From Carpediemonas membranifera BICM (Eukaryota; Protista; Fornicata): a DNA stretch of 18,544 nt. The position numbers were made by a program, and so were the translations under genes. Under the pieces are notes generated by a model. That model did no database searches and was not told the DNA's origin. It saw only the letters and a list, made by a program, of their open reading frames with translations. Positions 7,931 through 17,200 of this stretch are shown here, in pieces. Each line of letters starts with the position of its first letter. The stretch's first letter is position 1. Where the stretch lies: assembly GCA_019828565.1 (NCBI GenBank), contig JAHDYR010000023.1:1-18544 (forward strand), written 5' to 3'.

Positions 7931-8773
7931 ATGCCTATCGGGTATGGCGAGCTGGAGTCTCGCAGAGATCATGAACGAAAGCCCGGCAAGAGGAATCTAC
8001 AAGTTCGCTTTGATGCCTTGGTCGAGCAGGAGCGGGAAGTTTTGGTGGCGTTAGCGTCGTTGGACATAGATATCGGGAGTCATGCGCATAAGCTGAAGAG
8101 AACTAAGTCAGTTGTACGAGATAGAGAACGTAGTACCTTTAGCGAGCCAATACTAACCCGCAGGCAACAGCCTGAGCAGACTTCAGCGCGGCCGCCCCGC
8201 TCCATCGTCAGCGCGGACGCCCTGGGCCGGACCCCACGGCTCCCGCTCATCCCATACCCCCGGAAGGAGAACCCGGCCCTGGGCCGGCCACCTATGCCGA
8301 AGAAGCAAACGCCGCTCAAGCCCCGACTGAACAGCTCGATCAAGCCCAAGATGCACACAGTGGAGCCCGTCGCATCCTTCCCAGCCATGCAGCACAAGAC
8401 TATGAGGCCTGTTCCCGACTCATGGCGGGAGATCATCGCCTGGACCGGGACCATGGGGTCTGGTCTCGCCCCAGACCAGCCGTTCGCCAACGTCGTCCAG
8501 CGTCTGGCCAACGGATTCTCCGTGGCCAGGGTGCTGCTGATGGTGGTGAGCGGGACTGACCTTGTGGACGACGCCTCCGTCTTCATGGACGGGGCGGTGG
8601 CCCGTCGATCCAACTGGACGGCCCTCAGCGCGGTATTCGACAAGCTCAGCTTCCAGCTCAGCGAGAGGGAGTTAAAGATGCTCCAGAGCGTTGAGCCAAG
8701 CGACGATCCCGAGGATCCTCTGGTTAAGCTGCTTGGGGAGATCCTGGAGGCGATCAAGGGGCTGGGCGAGTGA
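7931..8773 (+). CDS. Hypothetical protein
   Basis: 280-aa ORF with an ATG start and GC3-biased codons, divergent from the 7772 gene. No family recognised. Confidence 0.72.
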   Translation: MPIGYGELESRRDHERKPGKRNLQVRFDALVEQEREVLVALASLDIDIGSHAHKLKRTKSVVRDRERSTFSEPILTRRQQPEQTSARPPRSIVSADALGRTPRLPLIPYPRKENPALGRPPMPKKQTPLKPRLNSSIKPKMHTVEPVASFPAMQHKTMRPVPDSWREIIAWTGTMGSGLAPDQPFANVVQRLANGFSVARVLLMVVSGTDLVDDASVFMDGAVARRSNWTALSAVFDKLSFQLSERELKMLQSVEPSDDPEDPLVKLLGEILEAIKGLGE

Positions 8774-8912
8774 GTGGGTCCGACGACTCATCGCGCTCTT
8801 CCTATTCTTACTAAAGGCCGCCTCTTTCGATTGATTTACGTGATTTATAGCAGAACCAAGTTTTCACGGCATCATCTTGTCATCGACGTGTTGAGAAAGC
8901 AAAGCTCGTCAA

Positions 8913-9887
8913 ATGGCTACAGCACAGCACTCTATGCAAGACTATGTACACGCACTGAATTCACACGACCTTGAAACCCAGGCGGATGCCGTCATCAGCA
9001 TGATAAGCCAGCTGATGAATGCGCAGAAGGCGTACGAGGCGTTCTGCCTCTCAAAGAGGCTGAAGTTCCCCAAGCAGAACCAAGTTTCATCCGCACAGCA
9101 GGCGAAGTACCAGTATTACGTCGGATTGATCGCCCTCGTTCACATGGATTACTCCGAGGCTGCCGAGGCGCTCGAGCGTGCCCTCCGCGCCACTCTTCCC
9201 GACCCCACGAAGCAGCAGGGCTTCAAGCTCGCCACCACCAAGCTGTATGCCCTCGCGCTGATGCTAATGGGCAAGGTGCCGCTGCCGACGGTCCTGCGCC
9301 CCGCCTTCGTCAGGGCCATGAGCACGAGGCTCAACAAGGACGTCATTAAGCCCTACGCCGACCTCGCCGCGGCCATGCAGTCTGGCTCCGTGGTACAGTA
9401 CCAGGCTGCCTTCGACAAGTACCAACGCACCTGGGCCACCGACGGCGTCACTGAGATCGTGTCCAGACTTAACAGCGCCGTGCAGCACGCCGCTGTCCGC
9501 AACATGGCCAAGGTTTACAGCCGCTGCCCTCTCGAGAAGCTCCGGGTGCAGCTCGGCCACCCGAACATCGCAGACACAATCGGCCTCGTCGCCGCCTGTA
9601 TTTCCAGCGGTGAGGTGTCAGCCGAGGTACAGTGGGATGGTGTCGTTCCCATCCTAGCCTCCATGGAGGTCGAGGACCCCTACCAGGCGGGTGAGCCCCA
9701 GTCGGAGTTCCATCGGGGCGCTATGCAGTTCCTGGGCCTCAGACGGGACATGGTGTCGAGCATGCGGTACCACCCGAGGAAGGCGATCGATGAGGTCGAC
9801 CTGGATGAGCTTGTCGAGGAGGTCGAAGACCGTAAGGCGGCCCAGAAGGAAATGGAGTCAGTGGCCAAGAAGGATGACCGGCCGTAG
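8913..9887 (+). CDS. RPN3: 26S proteasome lid subunit Rpn3/PSMD3 (PCI domain), with a short N-terminus
   Basis: AKYQYYVGLI...DYSEA...ALR, GFKLATTKL...LLMGKVP, PYADLAAAMQSG, VYSR, DPYQAGEPQSEFHR and MVSSMRYHP all match the Rpn3 pattern. Confidence 0.9.
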   Translation: MATAQHSMQDYVHALNSHDLETQADAVISMISQLMNAQKAYEAFCLSKRLKFPKQNQVSSAQQAKYQYYVGLIALVHMDYSEAAEALERALRATLPDPTKQQGFKLATTKLYALALMLMGKVPLPTVLRPAFVRAMSTRLNKDVIKPYADLAAAMQSGSVVQYQAAFDKYQRTWATDGVTEIVSRLNSAVQHAAVRNMAKVYSRCPLEKLRVQLGHPNIADTIGLVAACISSGEVSAEVQWDGVVPILASMEVEDPYQAGEPQSEFHRGAMQFLGLRRDMVSSMRYHPRKAIDEVDLDELVEEVEDRKAAQKEMESVAKKDDRP

Positions 9888-10117
9888 TGTAAATGGGGAT
9901 GAAGACGTGGGGGGACTGAGGTTTACTGTATCGCGTTTACATGAGCACTAACAGGAGTGTGCAGAGAGGATTCTCAGCGGGGACAGCAAGCTGTCGAACG
10001 GGGTCTCTTTATCAACGAGCTAGTCTGTGTTTGCTAGCTGAACGCGCTACTGGCCGACGATGAGCGTGCCAGTCGAGCCCCACGAGGTCCGCGGCCAGCC
10101 GAGGTAGCTCGTCAAGG

Positions 10118-10579
10118 CGGGCGTGGCCGGGGAAAGAAAGAAAGAAAGAAATTTAAGATTGCTTGGTATCTGACCCCGGACCCGACTTTGCCTTCCCATT
10201 ATCCGGGAGCCAGGTGATCCGGGGTACTGCCTGTGCCCTCCGCTCGCTTGTCAGCCGCGCTCACTTCGGGCTCAGGTGCTACTGTCTCCACTGATAGATG
10301 ATTCCAATCGCCCCATAGGCTCTTCAGCCATCTCCGTGCACATTGTGCTTTCCTGTCCATACTGATAGCCCGGCAACTGATCAGTAGGCCTGGGGGTCTG
10401 TCCTCAACGTTTCGACAGGCAGGTTCATCCTGCAAGACCTTGTCTATGGCAGTCTCTGTTAGCCTCTGGTTACTGATAGCTCGTACAGTCATGGCACCCT
10501 CTCGTCTGTCCAGTGCCCCAGTCCTATGCCCCCACGACCCAGTTACGTGGTCTACCCGTGGGCCGGGCGTGGCCGGGGA
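10118..10579. mobile_element. About 430-bp insertion-like segment flanked by a 16-bp direct repeat, with a (GAAA)n tract at one end
   Basis: cgggcgtggccgggga occurs at 10118-10133 and 10564-10579. (GAAA)n lies at about 10132-10151. The segment contains a 97-aa minus-strand ORF at 10199-10492. Confidence 0.45.
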
Positions 10580-10591
10580 GGAATAATTACT

Positions 10592-10894
10592 TTACACGGC
10601 TCTCGCGTCAATGGTCCGGTTGCACCCGCGGCACGTGATCTGCCTCCGGTTCGCGCTGACCGTGGCCGACCGATGACAGTGGGGGCACGTGACGGTGCGC
10701 TGTCTCGCGACGCCCTCGGGCAGGTCGACTGTCTGGCGCGGTGCCATCTCGCACTCGCCGCCGTAGTGAGCCATGTGCTCTTCGTGGTTGGCCACGCGGA
10801 GCAGACACTAATGGCAGAAGTCTTGGCCGCACGGGCACGTCGACATCTTGCAGCTGCCTGTGACCCTAAACTGCGGAAGTTGGTTGCATAAAAC
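10592..10894 (-). pseudogene. IBR/Rcat-like zinc-finger fragment plus a zinc ribbon, interrupted by an in-frame stop
   Basis: The frame reads GSCKMSTCPCGQDFCH*CLLRVANHEEH...TCPHC...TCRGC. There is a TAG at 10808-10810 and an upstream in-frame TGA at 10895-10897. Confidence 0.55.
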
Positions 10895-11126
10895 TCATTC
10901 GTAACACGGCACAATATCGATATTACCGGTGAAATGAAGCAATTCACGACTAATGATCCAGAAAGCGCAATCCAGGCGCTCGCGGATTACACCACTGCAA
11001 TTATCCACGAGAGAAACCCAACTTTCTTTCATCCAAACGCTCACAGCGGACACGATCGCGAAGTTAAAGCGTGATTGGCGTCCGACAGCGAAATTTCCCA
11101 CACTTGAGAGCCTCCAGACCTCCATT

Positions 11127-11744
11127 ATGTCTGACGCCGAAGCCCGAGCTCAGGCCCGTTCGGACGAGGCTCCGCAAGCTATATCCCACAATCCCACCGC
11201 AGATGCAATCGCCAAGCGTTTCGCTGCTGCTTTTGAGGCGGCCTGCAAGCGAGCGCAGTACGCAGAGTGTGTGCGGGTCTCTTCAAACTTCAAGGACCCG
11301 GCCCTCACCGGCCTGACAAAGGAGTCAATCTCGGCAGAGATACAACGCGCAATCCCGGAGGCCACTGAGAAGGCCAGGACATTCATTACCTCGTACATGA
11401 AGGACCCCGCGGCCAACAGATGGTCCGACCTCTCACGGCACATGCCCAGGTCGCCCTCGCGCGAGGTAAGCTCGCCACAGGCCGGGCAGCGGCGGATGAC
11501 GGGGACGTCCACAGCGGCGCCCATGCCGAGTGTGACCAGAGGGCACGTCTGCAGGATGTCGTTCTGCTCGACGAGCAGCGCTCTCGGCGCGAGAGTATGC
11601 CTGCTGGCGTCGCGGGATGACGTAGAAGTCGGTGGCCGCGCCTGTTGTAACAGGGGCCGAGTCGAGCACCGCTTGGCGCATCTGCTCGGCGTCCACCAGA
11701 TCTGGGACGTGAGCTCCATCATCGCGTCGGCGTACACGCGGTAA
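11127..11744 (+). CDS. Hypothetical ORF; only about the first 100 codons look protein-like
   Basis: ATG at 11127 within ORF 10953-11744. A helical-looking segment runs to about 11430, after which the ORF overlaps the more gene-like minus-strand reading. Confidence 0.35.
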   Translation: MSDAEARAQARSDEAPQAISHNPTADAIAKRFAAAFEAACKRAQYAECVRVSSNFKDPALTGLTKESISAEIQRAIPEATEKARTFITSYMKDPAANRWSDLSRHMPRSPSREVSSPQAGQRRMTGTSTAAPMPSVTRGHVCRMSFCSTSSALGARVCLLASRDDVEVGGRACCNRGRVEHRLAHLLGVHQIWDVSSIIASAYTR

Positions 11745-11858
11745 TGATCATGGAGGGTCAAACCGACGGAGCCAGCATGGGGTAGCTGGCCGCCGAATAT
11801 GTGGAAGGCGAAGCGACGGCGCGTCTCGTCGTCCTCGAGCACTGCGCGGAGGGCATCC
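11430..11858 (-). pseudogene. Host-like gene fragment truncated by LTR element A, with a CxxC motif and possible frameshifts
   Basis: GC3-rich reading (QDALRAVLEDDETRRRF...; VPVIRRCPACGE) with no ATG start. It begins at the LTR edge, and the protein-like text appears to alternate between two frames. Confidence 0.45.
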
Positions 11859-11923
11859 TGTGTCACGGTAGTTTAGACCATTTTTACCTTTAGACGGTTT
11901 ACCTATAAACAGTTCGCTTCACA
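11859..11923 (+). repeat. Putative 5' LTR of Gypsy element A (about 65 bp)
   Basis: TGTG...CACA ends (start at 11859 or 11861), AT-rich with TATAAA. It is followed by a 12-bp palindrome and the gag ATG, as in element D. No second copy lies in the window. Confidence 0.55.
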
Positions 11924-11944
11924 GTATTAATACTAGTCATTGCG

Positions 11945-12485
11945 ATGTCCCTGACGTTTGAAACTCCGTCAATCGATACCGAAACAGCTACCTTTGAGTC
12001 CCTCCAAGACTTCAAGGCCAAAGCCACAATATTCCTCGACACTCACAAGAAACTCCCCTTAAGCATCCTCCTTTCCCCGTCAACGCGTTTAGAGCTACAA
12101 GCGGATGACCATGACCCCGCTACCATCAAGTTGGACGCGTTCATCGCCTGGGTGGAGCAGCGCCTTATGCCTGATGACGTCCTACAACTGACGAAGGACC
12201 TAGCCGCCCTAAAGGCCCCTACAGCAACCCCGGGCCCTCACGCGCTCCTCAGCATTACCCGCCAACACGCCGCCACCGTGCGTACCCGCCTCCAACTCTT
12301 CGATAAGCTGGCAGACGATGACGACCTACTCCAAGATCTACCTGAGGACAGTACTCCCGGCGACAACTTCTCTCGCTACGCGGGGAAGTGCTTCGTAAAG
12401 GGCCTAGGGCCCTCGGTCTTGCAAAAACAGACCCGAGCCCTAGCGGCTATCACTGGCGCGACCTCGTTCGAAGACGTTGTCAAGT
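11945..12485 (+). mobile_element. gag: Truncated gag of LTR element A
   Basis: Its layout parallels the gag of element D (FIAWVEQRLMPDD vs FISMVNDIFGPLD; KCFVKGL vs AKFLKGI). It is cut by the LTR of element B. Confidence 0.65.
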
Positions 12486-12604
12486 TGTGCTTGGTTTGGC
12501 CTTGAAGGGAACTTTCCAATTAATGGATGAGAACTGATTTACTCCTGGAAACCGCAGTGGTGAAAATGGTCAAAAACCAAAACCTTAAACTGCGCCTCAC
12601 CACA
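12486..12604 (-). repeat. Putative 3' LTR of Gypsy element B (about 119 bp)
   Basis: On the minus strand it starts TGTGGT right after a purine tract and ends AGCACA. An alternative end is 12478. Confidence 0.65.
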
Positions 12605-12615
12605 CTACCCTCTCT
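12605..12615 (-). promoter_or_regulatory. Polypurine tract of element B
   Basis: AGAGAGGGTAG lies between the pol stop codon and the LTR TG. Confidence 0.7.
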
Positions 12616-12616
12616 A

Positions 12617-13909
12617 TTACAGCTGAATGCCGGTCTTCGACAAGTACCGGTCGAGGGCTTCGAGGTCACGGACCTCGGCATAGGGAAGCCAGGTGTCGTC
12701 ATCGGGACCGTAGCCGGCCCAGCGGACACGGAAACGGAAACGGGTCTTGGTACGACCAGAGCGGTGGTCGATGATGTCTTCGACGGTGTATTCTTGCTCA
12801 CCGGCGGCAGCGAAGGCGGTGAGGTCGTCGGGGGTGTAGTCGCCGAGGAAGGGAACGAGGCGGCGGAGATCATACGTCTCTTCGGCACGAGTTCGAAGAG
12901 TCGTGAGGGTGGCGAGTGTGCCGTCGAGGGAGGCTACGGTGTAGGGGCCCATATAGATGGGGCTCAGACGAGAGGGGCCACGGGCATTGTCGGGCCTGGT
13001 GACCACAACAGCTTGGCCGACAGTGAAAGTGGTCTGGGTGACCGGACGTGGCTTAGGAACTGGCACGGCCTTGACAAGCTGTCTCTGTGCCTCAAGCAGG
13101 TTGTCGTAGTACAATGCGACGTCGCCCACCCCCTCCACCGGGTTGTGTAGCAGTACTCGGTCCGTGTCGGTGAGGTTACCGAACATGATGTTGGCCGGGG
13201 GTATGTTGCCGGTGGCTGCACACGGCGTGCAGTTCAGAGTGCGCTGTACAAGCGGGAGACAGGCAACCCAGTCGGCTAAATCATCGGTCAGCTCGTTCAT
13301 GGCGGCGCGGAGGTGGCGGTTCACTTCCTTGTTGCGGCGCTCGATGATGCCGTTATACTGGTGATGGTACGGGAGCGTAAAGTCGTGCTGAATGTTCAGG
13401 ATGCGCGAGAGCTGAGCAAACAGGTGGGCGGTAAAGTGGGGGCCCTGATCAGAGCGAATGTGTGCCGGGCATCCGTAGCGGCCCACCAGTTGCATGATGG
13501 CCGTGACCGCTGACTGCGCGGTGCAATCGGGCGTGGGAACTAGCTCCACGAACCGGGAGAAGCAGTCAACGGCGGCTAGGATGTGACGGAAACCGTGTTC
13601 TTCCGGGAACGGGCCAATAAAGTCCACGGCCCAGGTGTGCATGGGGTACGGTGCCATTGTGGGCTGGCGAGGGAGGTCTACACTGACCTTGGCGCGCTGT
13701 CGCGTGAGCTGGCACACCGGGCATGTACGGACTAGGGGCTTGACGTGTTTCTCGATCGCCTTGCGGGCAAACGAAGGTAGCTGGGCGGCGATCCGATCCG
13801 TCGTGATGCGGGTGCCCATGTGTCCAACACGGGCGTTGTGGCACTTGCCAAAAAGCTGCCGTACCTGGTCGGTAATGTCCACCGGGGATGCCACGCGCTG
13901 TGAGCGAAT
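12617..13909 (-). mobile_element. pol: Ty3/Gypsy integrase plus chromodomain (3' part of pol, element B)
   Basis: HHCC motif (CHNARVGH...CPVC), DDE motif (VDFIGP, SDQG, IERRN), GPY motif, and chromodomain EYTVEDIIDHR...VRWAGYGPDDDTW. Confidence 0.95.
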
Positions 13910-14013
13910 TGTCAGGCTGTGGTTTGACTATACCTGTTTTACTGGGAGAATAGACTTCGACACAGGGGTGTCGAAGTCAATCCATAAATGTTCTTAAATT
14001 GTACTGACTGACA
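13910..14013. repeat. Putative solo LTR C (104 bp) inserted in pol of element B
   Basis: TGTCAG...CTGACA termini and AT-rich composition. It interrupts the reading between RNase H and integrase and contains an 11-bp stem at 13953-13978. Confidence 0.7.
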
Positions 14014-14085
14014 AGGCATCTGGAAAGGCAATCGGCCACCTCGTTGTTGACTCCGGCGATGTGACGGACCGTGAAGTCGTATTCG
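14014..14085 (-). mobile_element. pol: C-terminal end of RNase H of element B
   Basis: Translates as EYDFTVRHIAGVNNEVADCLSR, paralleling EYSFDIVHVPGSDNSVADTLSR in element D. Confidence 0.88.
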
Positions 14086-14189
14086 TGTAGTGGTCACCTG
14101 ACCCGTATATATTTAGGCCATATTTACCACTAGGGTTCGACCCTATTTAAACACTTCGCATTGATTGTTGTTGTTCTGTGCCCACCACA
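14086..14189 (+). repeat. 5' LTR of element D (104 bp)
   Basis: TGTAGTGG...CCACCACA forms a 7/8 inverted match. 14086-14141 is identical to 18489-18544. The right boundary is inferred from the terminal repeat. Confidence 0.88.
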
Positions 14190-14206
14190 GTAATATTACT
14201 ATCTAG

Positions 14207-17200
14207 ATGAACGTAGAACAACTATCAACTTTCCTGGCACCCTATCTCACTAGTACGAAGCCTAAGGCATGGTATTCATTCCGGGAAGCCTTCATTGCCC
14301 ATTACGCACGAAACGCCGCTTCCAAGCCTCTGATCTTCGATTACGTCGCAGCGACGGTTTTGAAGATCATGTTCCTCGAATGCCCGGACCTCGAAGACCT
14401 TATTACTCGTGCCCGTGAGGTCACACAGCAACCCCGCGCTGCGCCTAGGGACCCCCTTCTGTTCCTCGCGCCCCCTGAGTCTGACACTGATGACGACACC
14501 GAGTCTGACACTGATAGTTCGGTCTCCGACGAGTCCGAGCATTTACCCGTTCACACACCCGAGACCCCTAACGACTTCAACAAAAGATTTATCTCAATGG
14601 TGAACGACATCTTCGGACCCCTCGACCGTCAGGACGCGCTCGACCGATTTGACTCGATTACCTTTGACACCGCCAGCAAGAACGTTTATGAGTCCATGCT
14701 CTACTACACGTTAATCTACCAGCGGACACTCGAAAACTGCGCCTCTGTACCCCCGAAGCAGTCGAGCCTCGTAGCCAAATTCCTGAAGGGCATCCGCAAT
14801 GATCGCTTACGTGAACGCTGTAAGACCTTTGAGGATAAGTCCTCCATCGCCAACACCATGCGCGCCGCTCTCTCCCAAGCCAAGAAGATGCAGCAAGCCG
14901 AGAAGGAATCCCACAAGTCGCGGAAGAAGGACGTAAATGATAGGTCCTACGCGCACGATTTCCTCGCTGCTACGGTTGAAGAGTACTTAGACGCAATGTC
15001 AGCCGAAACGCCTGAAGACGATCAAGCAGAACACCGCCCAGTCTTCAAAGTCAGACTGCACGGATCCTCCGTGCGCGCCCTCTACGACACAGGTGCCACC
15101 GCCAACTTCCTCCATGAGGCGAAAGCGAAGTCCCTGGGCCTCACCCCCATTCCTGAGTGCCACAGGGTTCGCCTCATGTCAGGCCAACTAATCAACACCT
15201 CCCACGTGGCCTACGATACTGTCCTGTACCCTTCTGTGACAGGTAGACCCCTCTCTGTACGCACAAAGTTTATCCTCATCTCACTCGACCATTACGATGC
15301 GATCATCGGGTTCCCACTCCTGCGCAGCGCGGGACTGATCGAGATACCCTCGCCTGACCCGACTCCGTCAAACCAGAACGACGACGACGAGATGTTCGAA
15401 AACGAGGTCGAGAGAACAGCCCCAGAATATGTGCAGTTTGCAGAAGCCAGCCAAAGGATTGTTGAAAAGTTCCCAGGCCTATTCGGGGACATTTCCAGCC
15501 CGTCCAAGCTCCCAGCATTCTCCCTGAAGACCAAGAATGACCAGGTCATCAACTGCTTCCCATATCGTCACGGCAAGCAGGTGGAAGATGAGGTTAATCG
15601 CCAGGTTAAGGAGCTGCTTGCTCTGGACGTCATCGAGCCTTCGGACTCAGCCTTCAATAACCCCATCGTCATGGCAAAGAAGAGAGGCAACAAGCGTCGC
15701 CTCTGCCTCGACTTTAGACGGCTGAACCTTATCACCCAGGCCGAGGAGCATCCCCTACCCCTCATCGACGACTTGATTGATCACCTACAAGGCCAACAGT
15801 TTTACGCCACGCTGGACCTATCCAAAGCGTTCCACCAGATCATAATCAACCAGGACTCGCGCAAGTATACCGCTTTTGTGGCTGGTGGGAAGAAATACCA
15901 GTATAAGCGGATGCCCTTTGGGCTTCGTAATGCTCCCATCCACTGCCAGAAAGCCATGGAACACATTCTGGGTCAATCCCTTTATACTCAGTGTCTCGCT
16001 TACATAGATGACATTGTCGTCTTTGGAGCGAACCGTGACGAGTTCCTGAAGAATCTGGAGGACGTGTTAGCTCGCATCCACGCGGCCGGTCTGAAGCTTA
16101 ATCCTTCCAAGACGGTCATTGGAGCGACTTCCATCGACTATTTGGGCTGGCGAGTAGACAAGGACGGTAAGCGGATCTCCCCCGACCGTCTGGAGGCCAT
16201 CCATGATCTCAAGGAGCCGACTAGTCTGACGGACGCCCGAGCCTTGCTCGGGTTCGCGAACTACTTTCGAGCACTCATTGAGCGTTACGTCGATATGACT
16301 GAACCCATCACCGAGCTCACCCGAGCCGCCGAAAAGTTCGTTTGGGGCGACCGACAACATGACGCGTTTGAGCAGATTAAGCGAGAGCTTCTACTGCAGC
16401 GCACGCTGGTCCACCCCTGTCCCGACGAACATCTCCACATTTTTACGGACGCATCAGACTACGGCATTGGTGGCGTGCTGATGAACGCGGAGTTTAAGCC
16501 CATCGCGTTCTTCGCCAAGACGCTCACGCCCCAACAGCGCCGTTGGTCTACGATAGAGAAAGAGTGCTACGCTCTGTACTTCGGTACTACCAAGTTCAGA
16601 CGCTATCTCGCTGGACGAGACTTCACAGCTCATCTAGATCACCGTAACTTGGTCTACATGGACCGTTCCTTGAATTCCAAGGTGATTAGGTGGAGCCTCG
16701 CGCTGTCTGAGTACTCATTCGACATCGTACACGTTCCAGGTTCCGACAACTCTGTAGCGGACACCCTGTCCCGCCTCGTTCACCTGGACGAGACCTCCGT
16801 CGAACCTTCCCCTCCACCCGAGGCGCATCGGGAATCCTTCCAAGAAGCACATGGCGGAGATGCTGGTCACCTTGGCCGTGATGCCACCTGCAAACGCATC
16901 ATAGCCGCCGACAAGGGCTGGCCTGGCATGCGCCGGGACGTTACTGCCTGGATAAGACAGTGCCCTGTTTGCCAGTTGACACGCCTCAAGCTTTCACCGT
17001 TTCCCCAAGCGACCCATCCCATGACCGGCAGCCGACCCTTCGAAGTAGTGGAGGCCGACACCATTGGTCCCCTCTCACTGCCCGGGCAACACCGCTACGC
17101 GGTTGTGATTATCGACACGTTTACTAGACTCACCCAAGCCTACCCCACGAAGAGCACGGACGCTGTATCTGCACGTTCGGCTTTATCGACATGGATGAAA

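Noticed and set aside
5268-8757. Many overlapping alternative-frame ORFs (for example 5268-5798, 6351-7016, 6551-7003, 8080-8757)
   Set aside because: They have no recognisable motifs, mostly overlap better-supported genes, and are typical of stop-poor GC-rich DNA.
10010-10133. HDV-like ribozyme on the minus strand (agc-UACCUCG-gcu loop)
   Set aside because: P1 is only about 5 bp without the G-U start, the P1.1 register is off, and there is no convincing J4/2 catalytic motif.
10808-10810. In-frame TAG as evidence of a UAG=Gln genetic code (FCHQC would fit)
   Set aside because: The long ORFs, including Gln-rich Rpn3 and the 1284-aa polyprotein, have no internal TAG, and Rpn3 ends plausibly at TAG. 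A nonsense mutation is simpler.
12171-12200. CTGATGA followed by a small stem, resembling a hammerhead ribozyme core
   Set aside because: It is followed by GAAG rather than GAAA, stems I and III are not evident, and it lies inside gag coding sequence.
12527-13150. 207-aa plus-strand ORF and the other antisense ORFs over integrase
   Set aside because: These are shadow ORFs of the minus-strand integrase-chromodomain gene, expected with GC-rich codon bias.
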